DNA of 64,000 nucleotides from NCBI GenBank assembly GCA_012103505.1, contig WLWP01000003.1, positions 19,767 through 83,766 on the forward strand, written 5' to 3'. Position 1 is the stretch's first letter; each line of letters starts with the position of its first letter. Below are positions 30,361 through 39,462 of the stretch, piece after piece. The notes beneath the pieces were generated by a model. That model was given only the letters and a program-made list of their open reading frames with translations. It did not search any database and was not told where the DNA came from. The position numbers were made by a program, and so were the translations under genes. The DNA comes from Pseudomonadales bacterium (GTDB lineage Bacteria; Pseudomonadota; Gammaproteobacteria; Pseudomonadales; Azotimanducaceae).

Positions 30361-30397
30361 TAAGAATAATGACCTCTGATCGCGTTCCTTAAACTCA
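30361..30397. promoter_or_regulatory. divergent pair of degenerate motif copies
   Basis: Minus GAGGTCATTATTCTTA (30361-30376) 25 nt before ATG 30336; plus GCGTTCCTTAAACTCA (30382-30397) 25 nt before ATG 30422. Confidence 0.45.
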
Positions 30398-30421
30398 TAT
30401 CAGTGACACCGGAAGAAAGAA

Positions 30422-30616
30422 ATGATTGAAAGGAAGCGTTTACAAAGAGAACTTACCGGCGAAGAGGAATTCTCGCTCTTTAAGACACACATCGAATACT
30501 TATCAGGTCGGATCGACCGTACCGGATTCGCCGATTGGTTATTCTCAATCGACCCCGTCGATGCATTGGCAGTTCTTGACTGGAATGCTACTCACGGCGT
30601 CCGCCATAACCCCTGA
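30422..30616 (+). CDS. hypothetical protein
   Basis: 64-aa ORF preceded by a motif copy. Confidence 0.55.
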   Translation: MIERKRLQRELTGEEEFSLFKTHIEYLSGRIDRTGFADWLFSIDPVDALAVLDWNATHGVRHNP

Positions 30617-30987
30617 CGTTTCGCTCGTGCAGCTTTATAAAACGATTCATACTTTCTAGGAGCCCCTTCACTCACCGTCGCAAATCCACCGGCGATCATC
30701 TCTGCATTTATTTCTCTTGACCCTACAAAGCAAAGATATCGATCATCTACCGACTCACATACCACATCTCTACCACGCACAATTCTCCTGAGCGCGTTTC
30801 TTGCAGCTGACCCACAACCGATCGAAATCTTGTATGCGTCACAAGATCCAGAGAGTCCGGGCGCTTCAACAAAGGCCAAACGAAACTTGTTGCCCTCTAT
30901 CTTTAAGTGATTGCCATCGACCACAGTGACCGAGGCAAATGAAAGTGTGGTACAGAAAAGGAAAGACACAGTGATTATTTGTCTCAT
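30592..30987 (-). CDS. secreted thermonuclease (SNase)-fold protein with altered active site
   Basis: Signal peptide; VVDGNHL, RLAFVEAP, INAEMIAGGFA, ARAKRQGLW. Confidence 0.8.
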   Translation of the reverse strand: MRQIITVSFLFCTTLSFASVTVVDGNHLKIEGNKFRLAFVEAPGLSGSCDAYKISIGCGSAARNALRRIVRGRDVVCESVDDRYLCFVGSREINAEMIAGGFATVSEGAPRKYESFYKAARAKRQGLWRTP

Positions 30988-31012
30988 GATAAAAAGTTTC
31001 CGATATTTTCAT

Positions 31013-31040
31013 AGAGACTACGGTGCGCTCTGTATTCTAT
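31013..31040. promoter_or_regulatory. back-to-back motif copies sharing a GCGC core
   Basis: Minus GCGCACCGTAGTCTCT (31013-31028), 26 nt before ATG 30987; plus GCGCTCTGTATTCTAT (31025-31040). Confidence 0.65.
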
Positions 31041-31120
31041 AGGTATGTGTGAGAGCCGCGCCCTTACTCCCTCCCCCATCCCTGCGGCTTTAACACTAGG
31101 CTAATGGGCTCCTCGGAGCC

Positions 31121-33256
31121 CTAGGCCTTTATCAACGATTCAATCTGCTCCGTTAATCTCGTTAACCTCTTGTGCGCCCTGGCTTCGCTTACTGCTATGT
31201 GTACGCCCCTTCTCTGTCCTACGATGTGAACTGCCCTCTTACCCCTTGTTATCGCGGTATATAACAGCTGTCGAGAAAGTAGGATGGATTCAGACGTATC
31301 TACGGCCAGCACTACTGCCGGATATTCGCTTCCTTGTGACTTGTGTATGGTAATCGCATAGGCGAGCGCTAACTCGCTAACTTGGGAAGTCGCGTAGCTT
31401 ACTATTCGCCCATCAAATGAGACTGATATGTCCCCGCCCGGGGTGACAAGCAGGATCTGTCCGATATCGCCGTTCGAAACTTCTAAATCGGAGTTGTTTC
31501 TTGTTTGTATAACCCGATCATTGATCCTGAGTTCGTGATCACCAACGTCAGCTACCACTTTTCCTTTTGGGTTAAGCCGATGCTGGAGTTCCTCATTCAT
31601 CTGACCCACGCCTACTTTCCCTTTGTGCATTGGGATCAGCACCATCACATCAGACATCGGCTCATACCCATCCTCAACAACCCGTTTACAGACGGTTTCA
31701 ATGATCTCCTCACGAGTTGACAGTGCATCGTCTGTTGGATGGAAACAAAACTCACCCTTATCCGTTCCAAGGTCTGGGACTTCTCCTGCGTTGACCAAAT
31801 GCGCGTTGACAACGATTGATGAACCGGCGGCCTGTCGAAATGGTTTTTCTAACCGCGCGACCGGCAGGATCCCCGACTCTATGATGTCTGCTAGAACCTG
31901 TCCGGCGCCGACACTAGGTAATTGGTCTTTGTCTCCAACAAGGATCAGTCGAGCATCACCTGGTAATGCCTCCAAGAGCGCGTTGAACAGCCAAAGATCA
32001 ACCATTGATGTCTCATCAATAACAATGATCTTCTCCTGCAGCGGATTCTTTTGGTTCCGCGCAAACCTTCCTGCACCTCCCGATTCGAGTAATTTGTGTA
32101 TGGTGAGCGCCTTATCGCGTGTAGCTTCACTCATTCTTCTGGCTGCTCGGCCTGTTGGTGCAGCAAGAGCAATGTCGTATCGCTTCGCTCGCCACATTGT
32201 TAACAAAGCATTAATGATGGTGGTCTTTCCGACACCTGGTCCACCAGTAACAACACAGACCTTTTCCCTAAGCGCCAATGAAATAGCTCTTTTCTGGCTT
32301 TCATCGAACTCTATCGATGCCCGTTCCTCCGCCCATGGAATGGCTTTCTCTGCGTCGATAGTTGACACAGCAGGAGCAGTGTCCCGCAGGGCTAACAACC
32401 ATTTGGCAGCGCTTCTTTCTAGCGACTGAAATCTATTCGTTTGAACTACTGAGAGGCCATCCAAGTTGGCCTCGATCAGGTCTTCGCTTTCGGCAAGCCT
32501 AGCTATTGCCAGAACGGCAAGTTCAGGATTGCCGAGCAACTTGGCAACTTCCTTTTGACAGGCCGTTCGTTCAACGCAGGTGTGACCCAACGAGGCTTGT
32601 TGATTTAGGACATGTAGAACCGCCGCGTTTAGCCGCAAAGAGCTGCTCTCTACAACACCAACCTGTTTTGCCATCGCATCTGCTATTGCGAATCCGAACC
32701 CCGCAAAGTCTCTGATAAGACGATATGGGTTTTGCGATATTAGGTCCTTGGCATTATCCCCATACTTCTCGTAAACCTGTTGTGTTCGAGCTGGTCCGAG
32801 TTTGGTAAAAAGAAAAGACATCACCTCAAGACGAGACCGATACGTTTTAAGACCTTGAGATATTGCAGCGCGACGCTTAGGTCCAATACCTTTCAAATAC
32901 TTCAGTTGCCAAGGTTTGTTTTCAAGTATGTCTAAAGTGTTGTCGCCAAACTTGTTTACGATAAGGTTCGCGTACTTCTTTCCGATGCCTTCGATTGCGC
33001 CAGATTGTAGAAACCGTTCCACTCCTAGCGTTGAAACCGGGGGTAGAGCACGGCCCTCCACTATCTTGAACTGGCGACCGAATGTCGGGTGCTCGTTCCA
33101 AACTCCTCCGAGGACGCAAGATAGGCCTTCATCCAATGGCGGCATTAATCCAACAGCAGTTATGCATTGGTGTTCTATTTCTACTTCAAATAGTGCCCAC
33201 CCTGTGTCAGGTCGCTGCGTTCTGACGTGGCGAATTGTTCCTTCGATCGTTTCCAT
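31121..33256 (-). CDS. recD2: RecD2 (RecD/TraA family) helicase
   Basis: HPTFGRQF, HhH repeats, GGPGVGKT, DETSM, GDKDQLPSVG, AYAITIHKSQGSEY. Confidence 0.95.
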   Translation of the reverse strand: METIEGTIRHVRTQRPDTGWALFEVEIEHQCITAVGLMPPLDEGLSCVLGGVWNEHPTFGRQFKIVEGRALPPVSTLGVERFLQSGAIEGIGKKYANLIVNKFGDNTLDILENKPWQLKYLKGIGPKRRAAISQGLKTYRSRLEVMSFLFTKLGPARTQQVYEKYGDNAKDLISQNPYRLIRDFAGFGFAIADAMAKQVGVVESSSLRLNAAVLHVLNQQASLGHTCVERTACQKEVAKLLGNPELAVLAIARLAESEDLIEANLDGLSVVQTNRFQSLERSAAKWLLALRDTAPAVSTIDAEKAIPWAEERASIEFDESQKRAISLALREKVCVVTGGPGVGKTTIINALLTMWRAKRYDIALAAPTGRAARRMSEATRDKALTIHKLLESGGAGRFARNQKNPLQEKIIVIDETSMVDLWLFNALLEALPGDARLILVGDKDQLPSVGAGQVLADIIESGILPVARLEKPFRQAAGSSIVVNAHLVNAGEVPDLGTDKGEFCFHPTDDALSTREEIIETVCKRVVEDGYEPMSDVMVLIPMHKGKVGVGQMNEELQHRLNPKGKVVADVGDHELRINDRVIQTRNNSDLEVSNGDIGQILLVTPGGDISVSFDGRIVSYATSQVSELALAYAITIHKSQGSEYPAVVLAVDTSESILLSRQLLYTAITRGKRAVHIVGQRRGVHIAVSEARAHKRLTRLTEQIESLIKA

Positions 33257-33603
33257 ACCTGTTAGAGTACCTGGCAACCACTATTCGACAAGACGCAAAC
33301 CAAGTTTGAGAGATCGCATAGAAATTGTTTCACTCGCCTTATCCGTATTATGCGGAGGCTGGGTCACGCTGGATCTAATTCTGCTAAGCCCACCACACGT
33401 TCTAGTTCTATGGTGTTTCGTCGCATCTTCTGGAGTTTTCATTCTTCTAAATTGTTTTACAAACAACACTAACCGACCTCTACGTTAGTACTATTTATAT
33501 TTACTATTAAAGAAGACTATAGGATGACTACATAAGGACTACGGAAACAGCTGCGTCTCTCAACCCCTTGTTCCGATTGACTTTCAGCGAACCACCGGTG
33601 AAA

Positions 33604-34289
33604 CCAATCACCACGTTCCCGTTAATCGATCATTACTCTCCCGCTAGTCGATCACTAACATCTCGTATCGAGGTCATTAGCTTCCCGTATTGTCGATCAC
33701 TGGACTCCCGTAGGTAGATCATCGAATTCACGCTAATTCTTGAAGTTAACTGCGGGAATCTAGTGATCGAATACACTGTTTACCAAATGTCCAAGTAAAA
33801 CAATGAGTTACCAAACAATAGAATAATTTGGAACAGTTTTGGCTCCCTTTACGACAATTCATGCCCGGATTTGGGGCGCGAATGCGTTGATGAACAACGG
33901 GAATCTGATGACTGAATCTAAGTTATGGCGGGAATCTAGTGATCGAGTGCGCGATTTGACGGGAATCTGATGACTCAAATCCGTTTCGATCTTCAATACA
34001 GCTCTGTTGGTTGGCTCAAATTGACGGGAACGTAGTGATCGAATGCCCCGTATGACGGGAAATTGGTGATTGGGTGGCTCGCCGCATTTGGGTTTGCCTT
34101 GTTCACTGCCGGTTCTGGTGGGTGATTTCTCGGCGTTTAGGCTTTTTGACGGGATTCTAGTGATCGAATGTATAGCGCGGCGAGATTCTGGTGATCTGTC
34201 GGAGATAACGCTACGCACAAAGGAGTTGTTTGTATCGATCATTAGGGTCGTTGCTAGTTTATAGATCCTTGCGAGATTCTAGTGATCGA
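33604..34289. repeat. iteron arrays (consensus CGGGAATCTAGTGATCGA), putative replication origin and control region
   Basis: Six minus-strand copies at 33604, 33626, 33648, 33670, 33693, 33715; plus-strand copies at 33753, 33898, 33929, 33960, 34025, 34056, 34150, 34181, 34272; AT-rich tracts at about 33485-33540 and 33775-33840; next to rep. Confidence 0.9.
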
Positions 34290-34310
34290 AGCGGCGATGA
34301 AGGGAGTAGT

Positions 34311-35612
34311 TCATTTCAGATTCTTTAATCGTTCTACGCTCAAGTGCATCTCTGGTGGTTCGCCAGCTAGGACAAATTTACACAATCCTCGCTTCTCAAG
34401 AGCATGGAGCGCTCCTTCTAGAGACTTGAAGAATGCTGCATCGGATAGGTTGGATGCTAAACTTTTCTTCAAATCCTCCGTTCTCTCAAATGTCGATTCT
34501 TCTTTCATCAAGCGGGTGACTATGAGCTCCCCGATCTCATCAATATCAGAGAACACATCGGCTTCAATTTTTGAGAGTCTTCTACCTACGAGTTTTTGTG
34601 GTTCACTTCGTCCGTTGCCGATGACTTTAGCTCTACACCACCCAATCGATTCCAGGTGCTTGATCGTTTTCCTCAATTCCTCATTAAATCGACCGCGGCG
34701 TAGAAGGCTTCCGGTTATTGTTTGAAGTTTCTCAACACCGATATTGATGTGCTTCTGGCTTGCAAGGAATCGATAGATAGCTTTTCCAACATCTCCGCTT
34801 ATTCCGTCTCTAACTTTCATGTCCTGATAGGTGTAAGACTCCTGAAGCCAGTGCACCATTACCGGAGGAAACTGGACATACAACACTGTGTCTTCTTCCA
34901 TTGACTCGTGGAGTATGTCGACAATTTTGGTTGTGAAAGTTGCGCTCTTGATTAGCGAGCTGACGTTGTCAGATATTTTCGTAAACTCAAGGCTTACCGA
35001 CGCTAACCTTTTGAGCGACTCTTCTCGTGCCTTTCGGCTTTTGCCATCGTTACTCTTCCCAAGGAAGCGCTGAATATCTGTGATGGTGGTGAACAATACC
35101 TGTACATTTGAATCGTCTGTCTCGCTCCATCTTTGGATTGGATCTTGGAGAGGAACGGGTAGCTTTCCTGGCTGGCCTCTTAGCTGCAGTTGACGCAAAC
35201 CTAGAAGCGCTAACAAAGTGTCTTCATCAAATATGGACAACTGAGCACCGAACTTCCGTCCACGCCCGTGCCCTGTTTCAAATACATACGCGCCGTCTTG
35301 ATCGAAAACGGTTGGAGGCATGGCACCTCTCTTGACCGGTGTAAAGATCGGTACCCGGGTAAAGATCGTCGGTGTTTCACCACCTGGCTTGATTGCTTGG
35401 CTTGTGAAGCGCCCTTCTTTCTCTCCTTGAAATAGAGATAGTTGACCCTTTTCGATAAGCCGCTGAGAAGACAAACCACGTTTTTTGCGAGTAGGCTTCA
35501 GTTTGGCCTTTGCTTCTTCTTCGCGGGCCAAACGTTCCTCTTCAACCCGGAGGTCGATTTCACCAATGATTTTGTCTAGTTGTTCTTCCGCTACGTTATC
35601 TGAATCTGCCAT
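34311..35612 (-). CDS. plasmid replication initiator, TrfA-like
   Basis: PTIFTRVPIF...GAQLSIFDEDTLLAL resembles the TrfA-type core; flanked by iterons and divergent parAB. Confidence 0.75.
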   Translation of the reverse strand: MADSDNVAEEQLDKIIGEIDLRVEEERLAREEEAKAKLKPTRKKRGLSSQRLIEKGQLSLFQGEKEGRFTSQAIKPGGETPTIFTRVPIFTPVKRGAMPPTVFDQDGAYVFETGHGRGRKFGAQLSIFDEDTLLALLGLRQLQLRGQPGKLPVPLQDPIQRWSETDDSNVQVLFTTITDIQRFLGKSNDGKSRKAREESLKRLASVSLEFTKISDNVSSLIKSATFTTKIVDILHESMEEDTVLYVQFPPVMVHWLQESYTYQDMKVRDGISGDVGKAIYRFLASQKHINIGVEKLQTITGSLLRRGRFNEELRKTIKHLESIGWCRAKVIGNGRSEPQKLVGRRLSKIEADVFSDIDEIGELIVTRLMKEESTFERTEDLKKSLASNLSDAAFFKSLEGALHALEKRGLCKFVLAGEPPEMHLSVERLKNLK

Positions 35613-35645
35613 CCCCTAACCCCTTTTCAGTCGCTGCCACAACGA

Positions 35646-35661
35646 TAAGAATACGGAGCAC
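35646..35661 (-). promoter_or_regulatory. recurrent motif upstream of rep
   Basis: GTGCTCCGTATTCTTA, 34 nt before ATG 35612. Confidence 0.7.
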
Positions 35662-35857
35662 AGTTTCAGAGGCTGCTTCGAAGTTCGGAGCAACGACAAA
35701 AATCCCTGTTTGTGCTGTAGATAGCTTGGAGGCGTCCAATATGGCCCATCCACCGGTTGTAGATGGACGAGTATCGTAGTATTTCGCTTGCTACTTTGCA
35801 AGATACGACGATAATCGTAATTCCTGCTCAAGTAGATGTCTAAAAACGGAGTTTAGA

Positions 35858-37132
35858 ATGTCCGAACAACCCTTTTCCGACACAAGTACCGAATCCGCGA
35901 AAAAGCCGCTGACGACTTTGTCTCACGACGCACTTGCAAGGCAGCGCTCTGAGGATAGCTTGGAAAAAATTGACAACTTGAGTGGAGGCTTTGAAGGAAT
36001 TCTCGCCAGAGTACGAGAGTCCGCGCATTCACCCAATCGAACTAAAGTACTAGAAAGAGATTTTACGATGGGTTGGGTAGCAGAAAAGCTAGGTTACTCG
36101 ACGGAGGGGTTGCGGTTTAAGGAATCTGAGGGAGCCATTCCCCCGCAGGAAAAGGACGCTCGTGGAAGAAGAGTGAAATACAGCCTCGATCAGTTTAGAG
36201 ACATCCAGCAGAAGTTGGAGCTCAACCCTGGTAGAGGAGAATCCGAAAACCCGGCAGTTATAGCCTGCGCGAACTTTAAGGGCGGATGCGGAAAGACGAC
36301 ACTAAGCGTACACATGGCCCAATACCTAGCAATTCGTGGGTACCGCGTCCTGTTTATTGATGCTGACCCGCAAGCCAGTGCATCGATGTTGCTTGGTAGC
36401 CAGCATGAGGTTGATTTGAATAGCGATGACTTCGAGTTTACTTTGGAGGAGTACTTGTCCGAACAGATTCAAGACTTCTCCTCTACGATTCGGCCCTGTT
36501 ATTTTCCAGGCATAGACCTTATACCCTCCGACATTCTTTTATCGGGCGCGGACTACCACCTGATCTCACGGATGCAAATGACACCTGATGTGTTGACCCT
36601 TCTCCAGAAGGGAATTCAATCTGTATGGAAAGACTACGACGTTGTGGTTATTGATCCGCCGCCTGCACTTGGCGCGCTATCATTGTCTGTCCTGGCGGCA
36701 GTAAGTGGGCTCGTCGTTCCCATGCGACCAACACTTGTGGATTTTGACAGCACCTACAAGTTCCTTCGCATGATATCGGGAAACCTGGATGTCATAGTCG
36801 AAAGGGGCTTCGATATCGATTACCGTTTTGTGACCGTCGCATTGAATGGATATGACGAAACAAAGGCGGTTCATAAAGAGATTGTCGAGGGGATGAATGT
36901 GCGTTTTAGCCGAGGCCAGTTGTTCGAGACCGTCATGAGGAACAGCGCTGAGATTGACAACGCGTCAAGAGATCTAAGATCCGTCTATGACCTGACTGGT
37001 CCAACGGGCAATCACAAAGTGTACAAGCGTTGTGTTTCTTACTTAGACGCGTTGTTTAGTGAGGTGGAACTTAAAATCCAACAAGGGTGGCCGAGTAACT
37101 CGGAAACGCTGCGAGCTCAGGGGAGAGGTTAG
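35858..37132 (+). CDS. parA: type Ia ParA partition ATPase
   Basis: N-terminal HTH, KGGCGKTT, DADPQAS, IDPPPALG. Confidence 0.95.
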   Translation: MSEQPFSDTSTESAKKPLTTLSHDALARQRSEDSLEKIDNLSGGFEGILARVRESAHSPNRTKVLERDFTMGWVAEKLGYSTEGLRFKESEGAIPPQEKDARGRRVKYSLDQFRDIQQKLELNPGRGESENPAVIACANFKGGCGKTTLSVHMAQYLAIRGYRVLFIDADPQASASMLLGSQHEVDLNSDDFEFTLEEYLSEQIQDFSSTIRPCYFPGIDLIPSDILLSGADYHLISRMQMTPDVLTLLQKGIQSVWKDYDVVVIDPPPALGALSLSVLAAVSGLVVPMRPTLVDFDSTYKFLRMISGNLDVIVERGFDIDYRFVTVALNGYDETKAVHKEIVEGMNVRFSRGQLFETVMRNSAEIDNASRDLRSVYDLTGPTGNHKVYKRCVSYLDALFSEVELKIQQGWPSNSETLRAQGRG

Positions 37133-37135
37133 GTT

Positions 37136-38128
37136 ATGGCTAAGAAAAAGAGCTTTCTGGATGCGGCTGGGGATGCCGAAACCTTGAGTGGGTTGCAGCC
37201 CACCGTTAGTAGAACCGTGTTAAACGAACGAAACCGTGGTATCGAGGATTCTCAGAAGGTTGTCTCTACGAAACAGATGCTGGTTGATCCAGAAGAGTGC
37301 GTGATTTGGGAAAGCCATAATCGTATTTGGGATCGGCTAACCGAAGAGAATTGCAGAGACCTCCTAGACGGCATGATAGCTGCAGGAAGGCAGACCGAAG
37401 CAGCTCTAGTTAGACCGATCAAGAAAAAGGGTCCAGGCCGATTCGAGATCATCTTCGGGGCTCGGCGGTTTTGGTGCGTTAAATGGCTTAGGGAACACAA
37501 TTACCCAGAGTTTCAGTACTTGGTTCAGATTGAGGACCTGACCGACGAAGAAGCGTTTCGAAGAGGGGATCAGGAGAATCGTACAGGTAAGGACATTTCT
37601 GCCTATGAGCGCGGCCTAGAGTTTGCTAAGGCGCTGAAGTCCTACTATGCCAGCCAAAGTGAGATGGCAGATCGCACGCGTGTAAGTGAAGCCAAAATCA
37701 GCCGATATATAGCGCTTTCGAAAGTGCCCGTTGAAATCGTAAACGCGTACGCAGAGCTAAACCAATTGACGCTAGTGCAGGGACCAAAGATTGTCAGCGC
37801 GATGAAAGTCAAAACGAAAGCCAACGCAATGCTGCAGGAAGCGTCGCGAATACATGCACACCAACATGCCTTAAGGGCGGACAACAAACCGCTCTTGTCC
37901 GGTCCGGAAGTATTCAAGCGTCTAATGGATTCGATAAGCAACAAGAAGCAGAGAAGCAAACCTGCGCCGCTCGAGACTTATGGGAACGCAAGCAGTCCGG
38001 TGCTCACGCTAACCAACAAAAACCAAAGCTGTTTGCTGATACAAGTTCCCCTTGGTGTTGATAAAAGTGAGGCAATGCAGGCATTTTCTAGCTGTCTAGA
38101 TACCCACGGATCGAAAAGCGGCGCATAA
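37136..38128 (+). CDS. parB: ParB/RepB/Spo0J partition protein (ParB1)
   Basis: FGARR CTP-binding motif, ENR..KDISAYERG, HTH; immediately after parA. Confidence 0.9.
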   Translation: MAKKKSFLDAAGDAETLSGLQPTVSRTVLNERNRGIEDSQKVVSTKQMLVDPEECVIWESHNRIWDRLTEENCRDLLDGMIAAGRQTEAALVRPIKKKGPGRFEIIFGARRFWCVKWLREHNYPEFQYLVQIEDLTDEEAFRRGDQENRTGKDISAYERGLEFAKALKSYYASQSEMADRTRVSEAKISRYIALSKVPVEIVNAYAELNQLTLVQGPKIVSAMKVKTKANAMLQEASRIHAHQHALRADNKPLLSGPEVFKRLMDSISNKKQRSKPAPLETYGNASSPVLTLTNKNQSCLLIQVPLGVDKSEAMQAFSSCLDTHGSKSGA

Positions 38129-38129
38129 A

Positions 38130-38323
38130 TCTTGCATCGTGCAAGAATGGTGTTAAGTTATTGATATATAAGGAAAATAAGTAATTTTACCCCGAATGCA
38201 ATAATTGCCTTCGCTTTCACCGTGCCGCACGGCACACCTCATCGTTGTATTTCGTAAAAATTCTAATAAGAACAAAGATTTAGTGAATTCCTAAGCTGCC
38301 GGTTGATACGTGCCGTGCGTCTC
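38130..38323. promoter_or_regulatory. putative parS-like cassette 1 (palindromes plus IHF sites)
   Basis: TCTTGCA-TCG-TGCAAGA 38130-38146; IHF consensus on minus strand 38154-38166; GTGCCG-CA-CGGCAC 38222-38235; degenerate copy 38310-38323. Confidence 0.6.
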
Positions 38324-38352
38324 CGGGCTCATAATCGGGCGAGGTGCAAAAT

Positions 38353-38368
38353 GCGCTCCGTATACTAT
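38353..38368 (+). promoter_or_regulatory. recurrent motif upstream of parB2
   Basis: GCGCTCCGTATACTAT, 24 nt before ATG 38392. Confidence 0.7.
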
Positions 38369-38391
38369 TAAGTGTATAGGGGGAATCCAGC

Positions 38392-39336
38392 ATGAACGCA
38401 AAAGCATCAAAAGGTGTACTTGCCAACTTAACGAAGCTCCAAATTAAACCACCACTACCGGTGGCTGATGTTCGTTTGCTTGTAGATCCAGAATCATGTT
38501 CTGTCTGGGAGGGCCATAGTCGTCTTTATGAAAGACTCACTGAGGATAACTGCAGAGATCTGCTCGATGCTCTTGTAAGCGCGGGATCGCAACTTGAGCC
38601 CGCAACGGTACGAGAAGTCGAAGACAAGGGGATAGTTCGGTATGAAGTGATTGCCGGAGCGAGGCGCCTTTGGTGTGCTCGTTGGCTTCGAGATCATGGC
38701 TATCCCGATTTTGGCTTTTCTGTTCGCGTCGAGGTTTTGAGTAACAAAGAAGCCTTCCTAAGATCAACAAGGACTGAGTGCTCCGGTAAATCCGTGTCTG
38801 CGTATGAGAAAGGAAAAGAATACCAGCATGCCCTCGACTATTTTGACGACCAGGGCCAAATGGCAAAAGCGGTTGGAATCCAAAGGACTTTGCTCAACAA
38901 GTATCTACGAATCGCGAGGATCCCCATACAAATTGCGGGTGCCTACGGTGAATTGGATGACTTTTGGCTTAAACACGCTTCGCCTTTGAGCGCGTTGTTG
39001 GAGGATTCGAGTACGGTCTCAGATTTGATGGACACTGCAACCAGGCTAAAAGCCGAGCAGCAGGCGAGAAGGGCGGATGGACTTCCCTACCTTCGCGGAT
39101 CAGAGGTCTTCCGTAGACTGAAGGAGGGCGCGAAAGGCTCGGAGGGTGGTGGCCCTTTGCATGTTTATGACGATGTTGATGACCCGATCCTCATAGTGGA
39201 ATCGAAAACCCGGAATCAGCTACGGATTACGATCCCACTACCGGTCAACGTTAGTGCGCTTCGTGCGGCGTTCAGAAAGTGTGTGACTGCATATATTGGC
39301 AGAGAGAATCGCCGTATCAATGCGAGCGAGGTGTGA
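38392..39336 (+). CDS. second ParB paralogue (ParB2)
   Basis: Collinear with ParB1 (LVDPE.C..WE.H.R...RLTE.NCRDLLD), AGARR retained. Confidence 0.9.
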   Translation: MNAKASKGVLANLTKLQIKPPLPVADVRLLVDPESCSVWEGHSRLYERLTEDNCRDLLDALVSAGSQLEPATVREVEDKGIVRYEVIAGARRLWCARWLRDHGYPDFGFSVRVEVLSNKEAFLRSTRTECSGKSVSAYEKGKEYQHALDYFDDQGQMAKAVGIQRTLLNKYLRIARIPIQIAGAYGELDDFWLKHASPLSALLEDSSTVSDLMDTATRLKAEQQARRADGLPYLRGSEVFRRLKEGAKGSEGGGPLHVYDDVDDPILIVESKTRNQLRITIPLPVNVSALRAAFRKCVTAYIGRENRRINASEV

Positions 39337-39449
39337 ACCGGTTCACGCCTGATCAATAAAATCCCTGGTGCTGCGATATATAGTCCATAAACTATTGATA
39401 TAGAAAGAAATAATTGATCTAATGTCGATGAGCGTGCCGCGCGGCACGC
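39333..39449. promoter_or_regulatory. putative parS-like cassette 2
   Basis: GTGAACCGGTTCAC 39333-39346; IHF consensus on minus strand 39388-39400; perfect palindrome GCGTGCCGCGCGGCACGC 39432-39449. Confidence 0.6.
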
Positions 39450-39462
39450 AAGGAAAAGTGAA

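Noticed and set aside
26398-32429. Long antisense ORFs such as 26398-26859 and 31623-32429
   Set aside because: They are shadows of well-supported genes (SPFH, recD2) on the opposite strand
33281-34264. ORFs 33281-33469, 33859-34242 and 34070-34264
   Set aside because: They overlap the origin/iteron region, lack RBSs and have repeat-derived or implausible sequence
33604-34289. CRISPR array
   Set aside because: Repeats are 18 bp, degenerate, in both orientations, with mostly 4-13 bp gaps, next to rep, and no cas genes are in the window; iterons fit better
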